Of a stretch of 64,000 nt of DNA, positions 45,989 through 55,027 are shown piece by piece. The position numbers and the translations under genes were made by a program. The stretch is taken from the NCBI GenBank assembly GCA_963704725.1, contig OY969934.1, positions 2,272,001-2,336,000 of the forward strand, read 5' to 3'. Each line of letters begins with the position of its first letter. Within the stretch, counting starts at the first letter, position 1. Under the pieces are notes generated by a model. That model worked only from the letters and a program-made list of their open reading frames with translations, did not search any database and was not told the origin of the DNA. The DNA comes from an uncultured Actinomycetes bacterium (GTDB taxonomy: Bacteria; Actinomycetota; UBA4738; HRBIN12).

Positions 45989-46495
45989 CTACGGCATGGT
46001 CAGGCCGGGGATCTCGTGGACGACGATCCGCTTGGCGTCGACGTCGACGGAGACGAGCGCCTCGGTGAGGACCGGGATGAGCGTCTCCGTTCCCGAGTCG
46101 TCCACCGCCGCCCACACGTCGTTCGCGGAGGTGTGGATGACCTCGCGGACGGTGCCCAGGGCACGACCGGTGTCGGTCGCGAGCGCGCAGCCCTCGATCT
46201 GGTGATCCCACCACGAGCCCTCGGGCAGCGAGGGCGAGGACGCCTCGGGGACCACGAGCAGCATCCGCTGGAGCGCCTCGGCCGTGGTTCGATCCCCGAC
46301 GCCCTCGAAACGCACGAGGAGGCGGTCGCGATGGGGGCGGGACGAGACCACGGTGAGCGCCCGTCCGTCCTCGAGCCACAGCGTCGCCCCGTCGGCGAAT
46401 CGCTCGGGGACCTCCGAGAGAACCATGACGGCGACCTCGCCCTGCACGCCGTGGGCCCGGGTGATCCGACCGACCGCGACGGTCGGCTCGGCCAC
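45989..46495 (-). CDS. rimM: 16S rRNA processing protein RimM
   Basis: [19 protein letters not shown]; position between khpA and trmD. Confidence 0.94.
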   Translation of the reverse strand: MAEPTVAVGRITRAHGVQGEVAVMVLSEVPERFADGATLWLEDGRALTVVSSRPHRDRLLVRFEGVGDRTTAEALQRMLLVVPEASSPSLPEGSWWDHQIEGCALATDTGRALGTVREVIHTSANDVWAAVDDSGTETLIPVLTEALVSVDVDAKRIVVHEIPGLTMP

Positions 46496-46496
46496 C

Positions 46497-46742
46497 TCAG
46501 TCGGCGATCTCGACGTGGACGTGGTGCACGTCGGCGCGGATCGCGGCCGTCTTCATGACGGCGCGGATGGCGCGCGCGGTGCGTCCGCCGCGGCCGATCA
46601 CCTTGCCCATGTCGTCCTTGGCCACGCGAAGCGTGAACAGGACGCCGCGGTCGTCGGTGCGCTCGGCGACCTCGACGGCGTCGGGATCGTCGACGATCTC
46701 GCGGGCCAGGTACTCCAGGAGCTCGGACATGTCGGACGCCAT
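46497..46742 (-). CDS. khpA: KH-domain RNA-binding protein KhpA
   Basis: DDMGKVIGRGGRTARAIR; directly after rpsP. Confidence 0.93.
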   Translation of the reverse strand: MASDMSELLEYLAREIVDDPDAVEVAERTDDRGVLFTLRVAKDDMGKVIGRGGRTARAIRAVMKTAAIRADVHHVHVEIAD

Positions 46743-46748
46743 GTCCGT

Positions 46749-47042
46749 CTAGGACGCGGTCTTTGCCGACTTGCCGCTCTTCTTCTCCTCGGAGAACTTG
46801 TCCCAGATGCCGACCTTCGTCATCAGCACCCGGACCGTGTTCGACGGCTGCGCGCCGACGCTCAGCCAGTGCAGCGCGCGCTCCTCGTCGATCTCGATCA
46901 CCGAAGGATCCTCGAGCGGGTGGTACCGGCCGATGTTCTCGATGAAGCGGCCGTCGCGCGGGCTCCGCTGGTCCGCGACGACGACCCGGTAGAACGGGCG
47001 CTTCTTGGCGCCCATCCGCCGCAACCTGATCCGAACCGCCAT
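46749..47042 (-). CDS. rpsP: 30S ribosomal protein S16
   Basis: [35 protein letters not shown]. Confidence 0.99.
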   Translation of the reverse strand: MAVRIRLRRMGAKKRPFYRVVVADQRSPRDGRFIENIGRYHPLEDPSVIEIDEERALHWLSVGAQPSNTVRVLMTKVGIWDKFSEEKKSGKSAKTAS

Positions 47043-47055
47043 GTCGCTCTCTCTC

Positions 47056-48396
47056 CTACCCGATGTTCGGCAGGTTCGGCATGCCGGGGATCCGTGGCAT
47101 GCGCTTGCCGCCCATCATGCTCTTCATCATCTTGCGCGCCTGCTCGAACTCCTTGAGCAGGGCGTTCACGTCCGCGGTGGTCGTCCCGGAGCCCCGAGCG
47201 ATCCGCAGGCGCCGGGACCCGCCGATGATAGCGGGATTCCGGCGCTCCTCCCCGGTCATGGACTGGATGACCGCCTCGGTCCGGGCCATCTGCGCGTCGT
47301 CGACCTGCAGGTCCTTGAGCGCGTTCTTGCCTCCGGGGACGCCCGGGAGCATCGCCAGCAGATCCTGCAGCGGCCCCAGCTTGCGGACCTCCTGCATCTG
47401 GACGAGGAAGTCCTCGAGGGTGAACTTGGCCTCGAGCATCTTCTTGGCCGCCTCGGCAGCGCGCTCGGAGTCGAGGGTCTCCTGCGCCTTGTCGATCAGA
47501 GATAGCACGTCGCCCATGCCCATGATCCTGGAGGCCATGCGGTCCGGGTAGAACGGCTCCAGGTCCGAGGCCCTCTCCCCCGTCCCCGCGTAGAACACCG
47601 GCTTCCCGGTCACCGACGTGATCGACAGCGCCGCGCCCCCGCGCGCGTCGCCGTCGAGCTTGGTGAGGACGAACCCGGTCGTGTCGACCTCGCGCATGAA
47701 CGCACGCGCCTGCACCACGGCGTCCTGCCCCGTCATCGCGTCGCACGCCATGAGGACGTGGTGTGGCTTGATCGCGTCCTTGACGCGGCGGGCCTCGCGC
47801 ATCATCTCCTCGTCGACGTGCAGACGGCCCGCCGTGTCCACGATGACGACGTCGAACCCCTCGCGCGCGGCGTGCTTCATCGCGCTCTTCGCCACCTTCA
47901 CCGCGTCCTTGCCGTCGGAGACGACCGGGACTCCGACCTCCTCGCCGAGCGTGGTGAGCTGCTCCACGGCGGCGGGGCGCCATAGGTCGGCCGCGACGAG
48001 CAGGGGCCGCTTGCCCTTCTCCTTGTACAGCCGGGCGAGCTTGGCGCACGCGGTCGTCTTCCCCGACCCCTGGACGCCGGCCATCATGACCACGGCCGGC
48101 TTCGCGTTCGGGAGCTGGAACGGCGTCTGCGTCCCGCCCATCGTCGTCTGCAGCTCGTCGCGCACGATCTTCACGACCTGCTGCGCCGGCGTGAGGCTCT
48201 TCATCACCTCTTCGGACAGCGAGCGGGCCCGGACCCGCTCCAGGAGCTCGTCGGCCACCTCGACCGCGACGTCGGCGTCGAGCAGCGCCGTCCGCATGTC
48301 CGCGAGCGCGTTCTCCACCTGCTTGGGGTGGAGCTTCCCGCGCGAGCGGAGCTTCTTGAAGATGCCGTCGAGGCGGCCGGTCAGCGTGTCGAACAC
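47056..48396 (-). CDS. ffh: Signal recognition particle protein Ffh
   Basis: [27 protein letters not shown]-domain [11 protein letters not shown]. Confidence 0.99.
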   Translation of the reverse strand: MFDTLTGRLDGIFKKLRSRGKLHPKQVENALADMRTALLDADVAVEVADELLERVRARSLSEEVMKSLTPAQQVVKIVRDELQTTMGGTQTPFQLPNAKPAVVMMAGVQGSGKTTACAKLARLYKEKGKRPLLVAADLWRPAAVEQLTTLGEEVGVPVVSDGKDAVKVAKSAMKHAAREGFDVVIVDTAGRLHVDEEMMREARRVKDAIKPHHVLMACDAMTGQDAVVQARAFMREVDTTGFVLTKLDGDARGGAALSITSVTGKPVFYAGTGERASDLEPFYPDRMASRIMGMGDVLSLIDKAQETLDSERAAEAAKKMLEAKFTLEDFLVQMQEVRKLGPLQDLLAMLPGVPGGKNALKDLQVDDAQMARTEAVIQSMTGEERRNPAIIGGSRRLRIARGSGTTTADVNALLKEFEQARKMMKSMMGGKRMPRIPGMPNLPNIG

Positions 48397-48406
48397 GAGA
48401 GGCAGA

Positions 48407-48811
48407 TTACGACGGGGCCGCCGGAGGCTCCTTCTCGGTCCCCTGCAGCACGCGCTCGACGGTTCGGAGCAGGGCGGTCGGGGAGAACGGCTTCGTGAAG
48501 TACTCGTCCGCGCCGAGCGACAGGACGTAGTCGCGGCCCTCCTCGCCGGTGGCGGTGACGACGATGACGCGGATGCCCTTCGTCGCCGGATCGCCCTTCA
48601 GCTCGGTGAGCACGTCGGCGCCGCTCACGCCCGGGATGTTCAGGTCGAGGAACATCAGGTCGGGCGCGTGCGCTCGAACCATCGCCAGCGCCGCGGATCC
48701 GTCGGGGGCGTCGCGGATGTCGAACCCCTCGTGCTCGAGGATCAGCCGCATCGCCTCGCGCATCGTGGGGTGGTCCTCGACGATCAAGATGTCGGCCTTG
48801 GCCATGCTCAC
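48407..48811 (-). CDS. Single-domain CheY-like response regulator receiver
   Basis: GTG 48811 overlaps the ftsY TGA (alternative ATG 48805); IVED, FLDLNIP, VTA, TKPF; no output domain. Confidence 0.88.
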   Translation of the reverse strand: MSMAKADILIVEDHPTMREAMRLILEHEGFDIRDAPDGSAALAMVRAHAPDLMFLDLNIPGVSGADVLTELKGDPATKGIRVIVVTATGEEGRDYVLSLGADEYFTKPFSPTALLRTVERVLQGTEKEPPAAPS

Positions 48812-49791
48812 CCGCCGAGGAGTCGGTCGGCGAACGCCCGCGGCTCGAACGGCTCGAGGTCGCCGACACCCTCTCCGACCCCGATGACCTTGACCGGGAC
48901 GCCGAGCTGCTCCCATACCGCCAAGACGACTCCTCCCTTCGCCGTGCCGTCGAGCTTGGTCAGCGCGACCCCGGTCACCTCGACGGCCTCCGTGAACGCC
49001 CGGGCCTGCGCGATGCCATTCTGCCCCGTCGTGGCGTCCAGGACGAGCAGCGTCTCGTCCGGGGGCCGCCCGGCGGCCTTCTCGAGCACGCGCCGGACCT
49101 TGCGGAGCTCGTCCATCAGGGGTTGCTTCGTGTGCAGGCGCCCGGCCGTGTCCACGATCAGCACGTCGGCTCCCCGGGCCTGCGCCGACCTCACGGCGTC
49201 GAACGCCACCGATCCGGGATCGGCCCCCCGGGCCTGGGAGACGAGGTGCGCCCCCGCCCGGCCGGCCCACACCTCGAGCTGCTCCGCGGCCGCGGCCCGG
49301 AACGTGTCGCTCCCGGCCAGGCTCACCGCGCGGCCGTCCTTCGTCAGGGCGGACGCAAGCTTGCCGATCGTCGTGGTCTTGCCGGAGCCGTTCACCCCGA
49401 CCACCATCACGACCCCCAGACGGTCCGTCGGCAGGTCCAATGCGGCGGAGTCGCCGAGCACGCCCACGACCTCGTCCGCCACGAGCGCGACCGGGTCGGT
49501 GCCGGCCTCGTAGCGCTCGCGGACGTCCGCCACGATCCGGGCCGCCGTCGACGGGCCCACGTCCGCCTTCAGCAGAACGTCCTCCAGCCGGGCCCACGGG
49601 TCCTCCGCCCCCGGACCGCCGAAGATCGCTCGGATCCGGCCGCCCAACCCGTCGCCTCGGGCCGCCGGCCCGGTCGCCGGCGCCGGCACGACCGCCGGAC
49701 CACCGGCCGCCGGCCTGTGGCGACGCAGGGCGACGACGGCGAGGACGGCGATCACGAGGAGCAGCGCCGCGGCCGCGATCCACAGAGCCAC
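48808..49791 (-). CDS. ftsY: SRP receptor FtsY with N-terminal TM helix
   Basis: Start refined to GTG 49791; TM ALWIAAAALLLVIAVLAVVAL; GVNGSGKTTT, DTFRAAA, DTAGR, TKLDGTAKGG. Confidence 0.96.
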   Translation of the reverse strand: MALWIAAAALLLVIAVLAVVALRRHRPAAGGPAVVPAPATGPAARGDGLGGRIRAIFGGPGAEDPWARLEDVLLKADVGPSTAARIVADVRERYEAGTDPVALVADEVVGVLGDSAALDLPTDRLGVVMVVGVNGSGKTTTIGKLASALTKDGRAVSLAGSDTFRAAAAEQLEVWAGRAGAHLVSQARGADPGSVAFDAVRSAQARGADVLIVDTAGRLHTKQPLMDELRKVRRVLEKAAGRPPDETLLVLDATTGQNGIAQARAFTEAVEVTGVALTKLDGTAKGGVVLAVWEQLGVPVKVIGVGEGVGDLEPFEPRAFADRLLGG

Positions 49792-49801
49792 GTCGATCAG
49801 G

Positions 49802-52800
49802 CTAGCCGACGGCGTCGGGCTCGGGGACGAGCACGACGGGCTCGACCACCGGCTCGACGCGCCCATCGAGCAGCCGGGCTCGCGTATCGGGGTGGTCGAG
49901 GGCCTGGGCCAGGACCTTCGTCGTCCCGTCCTTGCCCATCGACACTCCGTACATCATGCCCGCGACCTCCATCGTCCGCTTCTGGTGCGTGACGATCAGC
50001 ACCTGGGCGTCGCGGGAGAACCCCTCGACGAGGGCGATGAAGCGGTGCAGGTTCACGTCGTCGAGCGCCGGCTCGACCTCGTCCATCAGGTAGAACGGGC
50101 TCGGCCGGGCCTTGAAGATCGCGAACAGGAACGCCATCGCGGTCAGCGCCCGCTCGCCGCCCGAGAGCAGGCTGATCCGCTTCACGCGCTTGCGGCCGGG
50201 CCGGGCCTCGATCTCGATGCCGGTGTTCAGAAGATCGCCGGGCTCCGTCGCGACGAGGCGCCCCTCCCCGCCCGGGAACAGCTCCTTGATCAGCCGCTCG
50301 AACTCCGCCGCGACGTCGCGGTACGCGGCCTCGAACGTCGTGGCGATCTCGGTCTCGATCCGCTGGATCACCTCGAGGAGGTCGCGGCGCGACCTGCGGA
50401 CGTCCTCCAGCTCTCGCTGCAAGAAGTCGTGCCGCTCCTGCAGCGCTTCGTACTCGCCGCCGGCGAGCAGGTTGACCCGTCCGAGCAGCGCCAGCCGGCG
50501 CTGCACGAGCTCCGCGGCCCGCTCGAGGCTCTGGACGGTGTCCTCGCCCCCCAGCTCCTGCAGGGCCTCCCGGGGCTCGCGCTGGTGGCCCTCGCGAAGG
50601 AGACGCTCGGCATCGCGGATCCGGCGCTCCAGCTCGCCGCGCACCCGGTCCTCGTCCTCGTACTCCTCGCGCAGCCGCGACAGCTCGGTCGAGGATTCGC
50701 GCCACAGCCGGTTGGCCTCGGCCTCCTCCTCGGTCGCCGCGCGCTCGGCGTCGGCGGCTGCGGCCCGGGCGCTCCCGGTGGTCTCGAGCGCGGTCTCCGC
50801 CCGGGCGAGGTGCTCCTCGGCCGCCGCGCGATCGGACTCCGCCCGATCCACCTGCGCCCGCAGGGCGTCCGGGTCCTGCGACGCGAGCGCCTCGCGCTCG
50901 GCGCGAACGGCGCCGAGACGGCTCTCCAGGCTCGATCGGTCGCGGCGAAGGGTCTCGACCGCGACGCGATCGTGGATCGGAGGCTCCGGCGTCCGAGGGA
51001 GCTCGGGGGCCTCGTGGGTGACGGGTTCGGCCGCCGCGAGGCTCTCGCGCCACGCCGCCGCGGCGTCGTCCAGGCCCGCCAGGCGCTGCGACAGGATCTC
51101 GTCCTCCTTGGCGATCGAGGCGAGATCGCCCTCGATCCGGGCGATCCGCTCGGCGGCGCGCGTGATCTGCGTGTCCGCGGCGTCGATCCCCTCGCCGAGC
51201 TCCTGCATCTCGGACCCGATCGCATCGAGGCGCTCGCGGCGCGGACGAAGGGCGGCGCGGGTCTGGGCCAGGTCGTGCTCGACCACGGCCAGCTCTCGCC
51301 GAACCTCGGCGGCGCGGGAGTCCGACTCCGTCGTGGTGCGGATCACGGCGGGGCCGACCAGGACTCCCTGGGGCGTGACGAAGGAGGACCTCGGCGCCCC
51401 GCGGTGCTTGTCGACGGCCTCCTCGAGCGTCTCGGCCAGGTAGATGTCGGCAAGGACGGTCGTGACCAAGCCCCGCACCGCGGGCTCCGCGTCCACGATC
51501 GACAGGAGGGTGCGCTCGCCGCGCAGGACCGATCCCATCGGCCCGCCGCCCGCGATCGTGAGGATCGCGCCGTCGCCGGTCGGCGCGTCCGCGATCGCCT
51601 CCTCCTCCCGCTCGTAGACGACGGCGTCCGCCAGCGCCCCCAGGCCCGCCCGGAGAGCCCGGGCCCACTCCGGCTCGACGCGCACCAGGGCGCCGAGGAG
51701 CCCGATGGCGCGCCCCCCGTGGTCCACCAGGAAGCGGGACCCCGGCGTCTCCTGCAGATCCTGCAACCGGGCGGCGAGCACGTCGCGGCGGTGCTCCTGC
51801 GCCCGCAACGCCTCCTCCAGCTCGTCCACCCCACCCGCCAGGGCGTGGCGCTCGCGCTCGAGCTCGCTCCGGCGCTCGGACAGCGGGCTCGTCTCGGCGT
51901 CGAGTCGCTCGACGTCCCCGGCCAAGGTCTCGCGCTCCCGGTCGGCCGCTGCCCGCCGCTCGCGGACCTGGTCCAACCCCTCCTCGAGCCGGGCCCGCTC
52001 GCGTTCGTACGCGGCGAGGGACCGGCGAAGGGTCTCCATCTCGGCCCGGTGCGCGGCGGCGGCCTCGAACGCCCGGCGCCGCTCGTCCTCCACGGCCCGC
52101 CGGACCTCGGACGCCTCCTGGAACGCGCTCTCGGACTCCGTCAGCCGAAGCTCGCCGGTCTGGAGCTCGGCGGCCACCCGGACGAGCCGCTCCTGGATCC
52201 GGGCGAGATCGTCGTCGAGACGCTGGAGGCGCGCCCCCCGGCCGGCCTCCGCGGCCAGGGCCTGGCGAGTCTCGGACTCCAGCTCGACCGCGCGGCGGAG
52301 CCGCAGCTCGGCCTCGGACTTGTCGGCCTGGGCCTCGCGGAACCGCCCCTCCGAGTCCTGGACCGCCCACATGGCCCGGGCGCGGGCGTCGGCGGCCGTT
52401 CCCACCCGCTCATCCATGGCGTCGAGCCGCTGCTTCGCGGCCTCCCGCCGGGCCAGCCCCTCGCCCCAGCCGCCCGCGCGACGATCGCGCTCGGCGAGCA
52501 GGTCGCGCAGCCGCGCGGCGGCGAGCCGTACGGTCACCGCGTCGGCCTGGGCGGAGAGCTCCTCGTGGCGCTTGGCCATCTCGGCCTGTTGCCTGAGCGG
52601 CTTGAGCTGGCGGCGGAGCTCCGCGAGCACGTCCTGGACGCGGAGCAGATCCTGGTCGAGGCCGGAGAGCTTGCGCTCGGCGCGCTCCTTGCGCTTACGG
52701 TGCTTGGCGATCCCGGCGGCCTCCTCGACGTACTGCCGCCGTTCCTCCGGGCGGGCGGACAGGACCTCCTCGAGCTGCCCCTGTCCCACCACGGTGTGGA

Positions 52801-53209
52801 GGGCCCGGCCGATGCCGCTCTCGGACAGGAGCTCCTGGACGTCGAGGAGGCGGACCACCTGACCGCCGATGCGGTACTCGCTCTCGCCAGAGCGGAAGAT
52901 CGTCCGGCTGATCTCGATCTCGGTCATCGGCACCGGGATCAGGCCGGCCGCGTTGTCGATCACGAGCTTGGCCTCGGCCATCCCGAGCGCCGGGCGCTGT
53001 GGGCTGCCAGCGAAGATCACGTCGGCCATCTGGCCGCCGCGGAGCGCCCTCGGCCCCTGCTCGCCGAGCACCCAGCTGATCGCGTCGACGAGGTTCGACT
53101 TCCCGGATCCGTTGGGCCCGACGATGACGGAGATGCCGGGGGCGAATTCCAGAGCCGTCTTGTCGGCGAACGACTTGAAGCCTCGAACCTGGAGGGATCG
53201 GAGGAACAT
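49802..53209 (-). CDS. smc: Chromosome segregation protein SMC
   Basis: GFKSFA, GPNGSGKSN, coiled coils and hinge, LSGGE, MDEVE.ALD, THQ. Confidence 0.98.
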   Translation of the reverse strand: MFLRSLQVRGFKSFADKTALEFAPGISVIVGPNGSGKSNLVDAISWVLGEQGPRALRGGQMADVIFAGSPQRPALGMAEAKLVIDNAAGLIPVPMTEIEISRTIFRSGESEYRIGGQVVRLLDVQELLSESGIGRALHTVVGQGQLEEVLSARPEERRQYVEEAAGIAKHRKRKERAERKLSGLDQDLLRVQDVLAELRRQLKPLRQQAEMAKRHEELSAQADAVTVRLAAARLRDLLAERDRRAGGWGEGLARREAAKQRLDAMDERVGTAADARARAMWAVQDSEGRFREAQADKSEAELRLRRAVELESETRQALAAEAGRGARLQRLDDDLARIQERLVRVAAELQTGELRLTESESAFQEASEVRRAVEDERRRAFEAAAAHRAEMETLRRSLAAYERERARLEEGLDQVRERRAAADRERETLAGDVERLDAETSPLSERRSELERERHALAGGVDELEEALRAQEHRRDVLAARLQDLQETPGSRFLVDHGGRAIGLLGALVRVEPEWARALRAGLGALADAVVYEREEEAIADAPTGDGAILTIAGGGPMGSVLRGERTLLSIVDAEPAVRGLVTTVLADIYLAETLEEAVDKHRGAPRSSFVTPQGVLVGPAVIRTTTESDSRAAEVRRELAVVEHDLAQTRAALRPRRERLDAIGSEMQELGEGIDAADTQITRAAERIARIEGDLASIAKEDEILSQRLAGLDDAAAAWRESLAAAEPVTHEAPELPRTPEPPIHDRVAVETLRRDRSSLESRLGAVRAEREALASQDPDALRAQVDRAESDRAAAEEHLARAETALETTGSARAAAADAERAATEEEAEANRLWRESSTELSRLREEYEDEDRVRGELERRIRDAERLLREGHQREPREALQELGGEDTVQSLERAAELVQRRLALLGRVNLLAGGEYEALQERHDFLQRELEDVRRSRRDLLEVIQRIETEIATTFEAAYRDVAAEFERLIKELFPGGEGRLVATEPGDLLNTGIEIEARPGRKRVKRISLLSGGERALTAMAFLFAIFKARPSPFYLMDEVEPALDDVNLHRFIALVEGFSRDAQVLIVTHQKRTMEVAGMMYGVSMGKDGTTKVLAQALDHPDTRARLLDGRVEPVVEPVVLVPEPDAVG

Positions 53210-53268
53210 CGAGGACCGATGCTAGCAGTGGTCCGAGCACGGACCGAGCATCTGCGGGCAGAAAGCGC

Positions 53269-53538
53269 TCAGCCCGTGACGCGGAACGACGGGTCCCCGA
53301 CCGGTGCCTCGACCACGACGTCGACCGCGTCGACGTGGGCGAGATCGGGGCCCCGCCGGCACCACTCCACCAACCGGTCGACGACCCCCTCGGGCCCCTC
53401 GAAGGCCGCCTCCACGCGGCCGTCGGGCAGGTTCCGGACGAAGCCGCCGACGCTGGCGTCCCGGGCCAGGCGGGCGCAGGTGGCGCGATAGAAGACGCCC
53501 TGCACGCTACCCGAGACCGTCACCCGCACCCGTTTCAC
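53269..53538 (-). CDS. acyP: Acylphosphatase
   Basis: VSGSVQGVFYR, GFVRNLPDGRVE, GP. Confidence 0.95.
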   Translation of the reverse strand: MKRVRVTVSGSVQGVFYRATCARLARDASVGGFVRNLPDGRVEAAFEGPEGVVDRLVEWCRRGPDLAHVDAVDVVVEAPVGDPSFRVTG

Positions 53539-53557
53539 GTCGCGCCATACTAGGGCC

Positions 53558-54148
53558 GTGATCCGCTACGACTCCGCGACCGCCCTCCTCGTGGTCGACG
53601 TCCAGAACGACTTCGCCGACCCCAAGGGCAGCCTCTACGTTCGGGGCGGCGAGCGGGTCGTGCCCGTCGTGAACGAGGAGATCGAGCACGCGCTCGCGTC
53701 GGGGGCGACGGTCGTCTACACGCAGGACTGGCATCCCGAGGTCACCTCGCACTTCCAGAAGGACGGCGGCATCTGGCCCGTCCATTGCGTGGCGGAGTCC
53801 TGGGGCGCGGAGCTCCACCCCGACCTCCGGGTCGTCCCGGACGCGCCGGTCATCCGCAAGGGCGCCGACGGCCGGGACGGCTACTCGGCCTTCAGCGTCC
53901 GCGACCCGCGCAGCGGCGACGTCGAAGCGACGCGGCTCGAGTCACTCCTGCGCGAGCGCGGCCTCGAGGCGATCACGATCGCCGGGCTGGCCACGGACTA
54001 CTGCGTCGTCGAGACCGTGCTCGACGCCCGTCGCCTGGGGCACCCCACGACCGTCCTCCAGAACGGGATCCGGGCGGTCGAGCTGCAGGTGGGCGACGGC
54101 GAGCGCGCCCTCGGCCGGATCCGCGATGCCGGCGCCACCCTGGCCTGA
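53558..54148 (+). CDS. pncA: Nicotinamidase / pyrazinamidase (isochorismatase family)
   Basis: VVDVQNDF, QDWHP, WPVHCV, YSAF, GLATDYCV. Confidence 0.93.
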   Translation: MIRYDSATALLVVDVQNDFADPKGSLYVRGGERVVPVVNEEIEHALASGATVVYTQDWHPEVTSHFQKDGGIWPVHCVAESWGAELHPDLRVVPDAPVIRKGADGRDGYSAFSVRDPRSGDVEATRLESLLRERGLEAITIAGLATDYCVVETVLDARRLGHPTTVLQNGIRAVELQVGDGERALGRIRDAGATLA

Positions 54149-54184
54149 GACCCGCCGGAGCCTCGGGTTCCGCGGCTCGGCGTC

Positions 54185-55027
54185 CTAGCTCTGGCACTGC
54201 GGGCAGAAGTACGAGTTCCGCCCCGAGATCTTCACGCTCTGGATGGGGGTTCGGCAGCGACGGCAGGGCAGCCCCGTGCGCCCGTAGACCTTCAGCTCGC
54301 CCTGGAACTCTCCCGGCTTGCCGAACAGGTCGACATAGGCCTCGTCGTCCAGGGTCGTTCCCCGGAACCGGATCGCCTCCTGCAGGACCTCCTGCATCGC
54401 CCGGTAGAGCCGGCGGACCTCCTGCGAGGACAGCGAGTCCGACATCCGGTCGTATCGCAGCCCCGCCGCGAACAGCACCTCGTCCGAGTAGATGTTGCCG
54501 AGCCCGCTGATGAACTTCTGGTCCATCAGGAGCTGCTTCATCTTCGTGGCGCGCTGCGCCAGCGCCCCCCCGAACGCGTTCCACGTGAACACGTGGTCCA
54601 GGGGGTCGATCGCGATGTGCTGGAGCTCCTTCACCTTGCCGAGCTCGTCGGCCGTGGTGACGAACATCTCACCGAACGTCCTCGGGTCGACGTAGCGGAG
54701 GTCGCCGCCCTGCTGGAACGTCATGACGACGTGCGTGTGCGGCGGCAGCGGGACGCGCTTGGTCCCCCGGATGAACTGCCCGCTCATCCCGAAGTGCACG
54801 ACGAGCACCTCGCCGTTGTCCAGGTGGAGCAGCACGTACTTGCCCCGGCGCTCCGCCTTCGTGAACTTGCGGCCGAGCAGCCGGTCCGTGAACTCCTTGC
54901 GCTTGCCGTGCCGCCGGATCACGCGCATCGCGTTGCGCGACGGACGCACCTCCGAATCGGAGACCTTGCGTCCGACGACGTCCTTCTCGAGGTCGCGGCG
55001 CATCACCTCGACTTCGGGAAGCTCCAC
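54185..55027 (-). CDS. mutM: Formamidopyrimidine-DNA glycosylase (Fpg/MutM), N-terminus MELPEVE
   Basis: ELPEVE, RRGKY, HFGMSG, DPRTFG, H2TH GLGNIYSDE, zinc finger CRRC...RNSYFCPQCQ; follows rnc. Confidence 0.93.
   Translation of the reverse strand: MELPEVEVMRRDLEKDVVGRKVSDSEVRPSRNAMRVIRRHGKRKEFTDRLLGRKFTKAERRGKYVLLHLDNGEVLVVHFGMSGQFIRGTKRVPLPPHTHVVMTFQQGGDLRYVDPRTFGEMFVTTADELGKVKELQHIAIDPLDHVFTWNAFGGALAQRATKMKQLLMDQKFISGLGNIYSDEVLFAAGLRYDRMSDSLSSQEVRRLYRAMQEVLQEAIRFRGTTLDDEAYVDLFGKPGEFQGELKVYGRTGLPCRRCRTPIQSVKISGRNSYFCPQCQS

Noticed and set aside
49892-53491. Very long antisense or alternative-frame ORFs (e.g. 49892-53491 +, 59105-62107 +, 12005-15022 +, 6717-9533 -, 11898-14720 -)
   Set aside because: Shadow frames of real genes in GC-rich DNA with few stops; Arg/Pro/Gly-rich or mirror-codon composition and no motifs.
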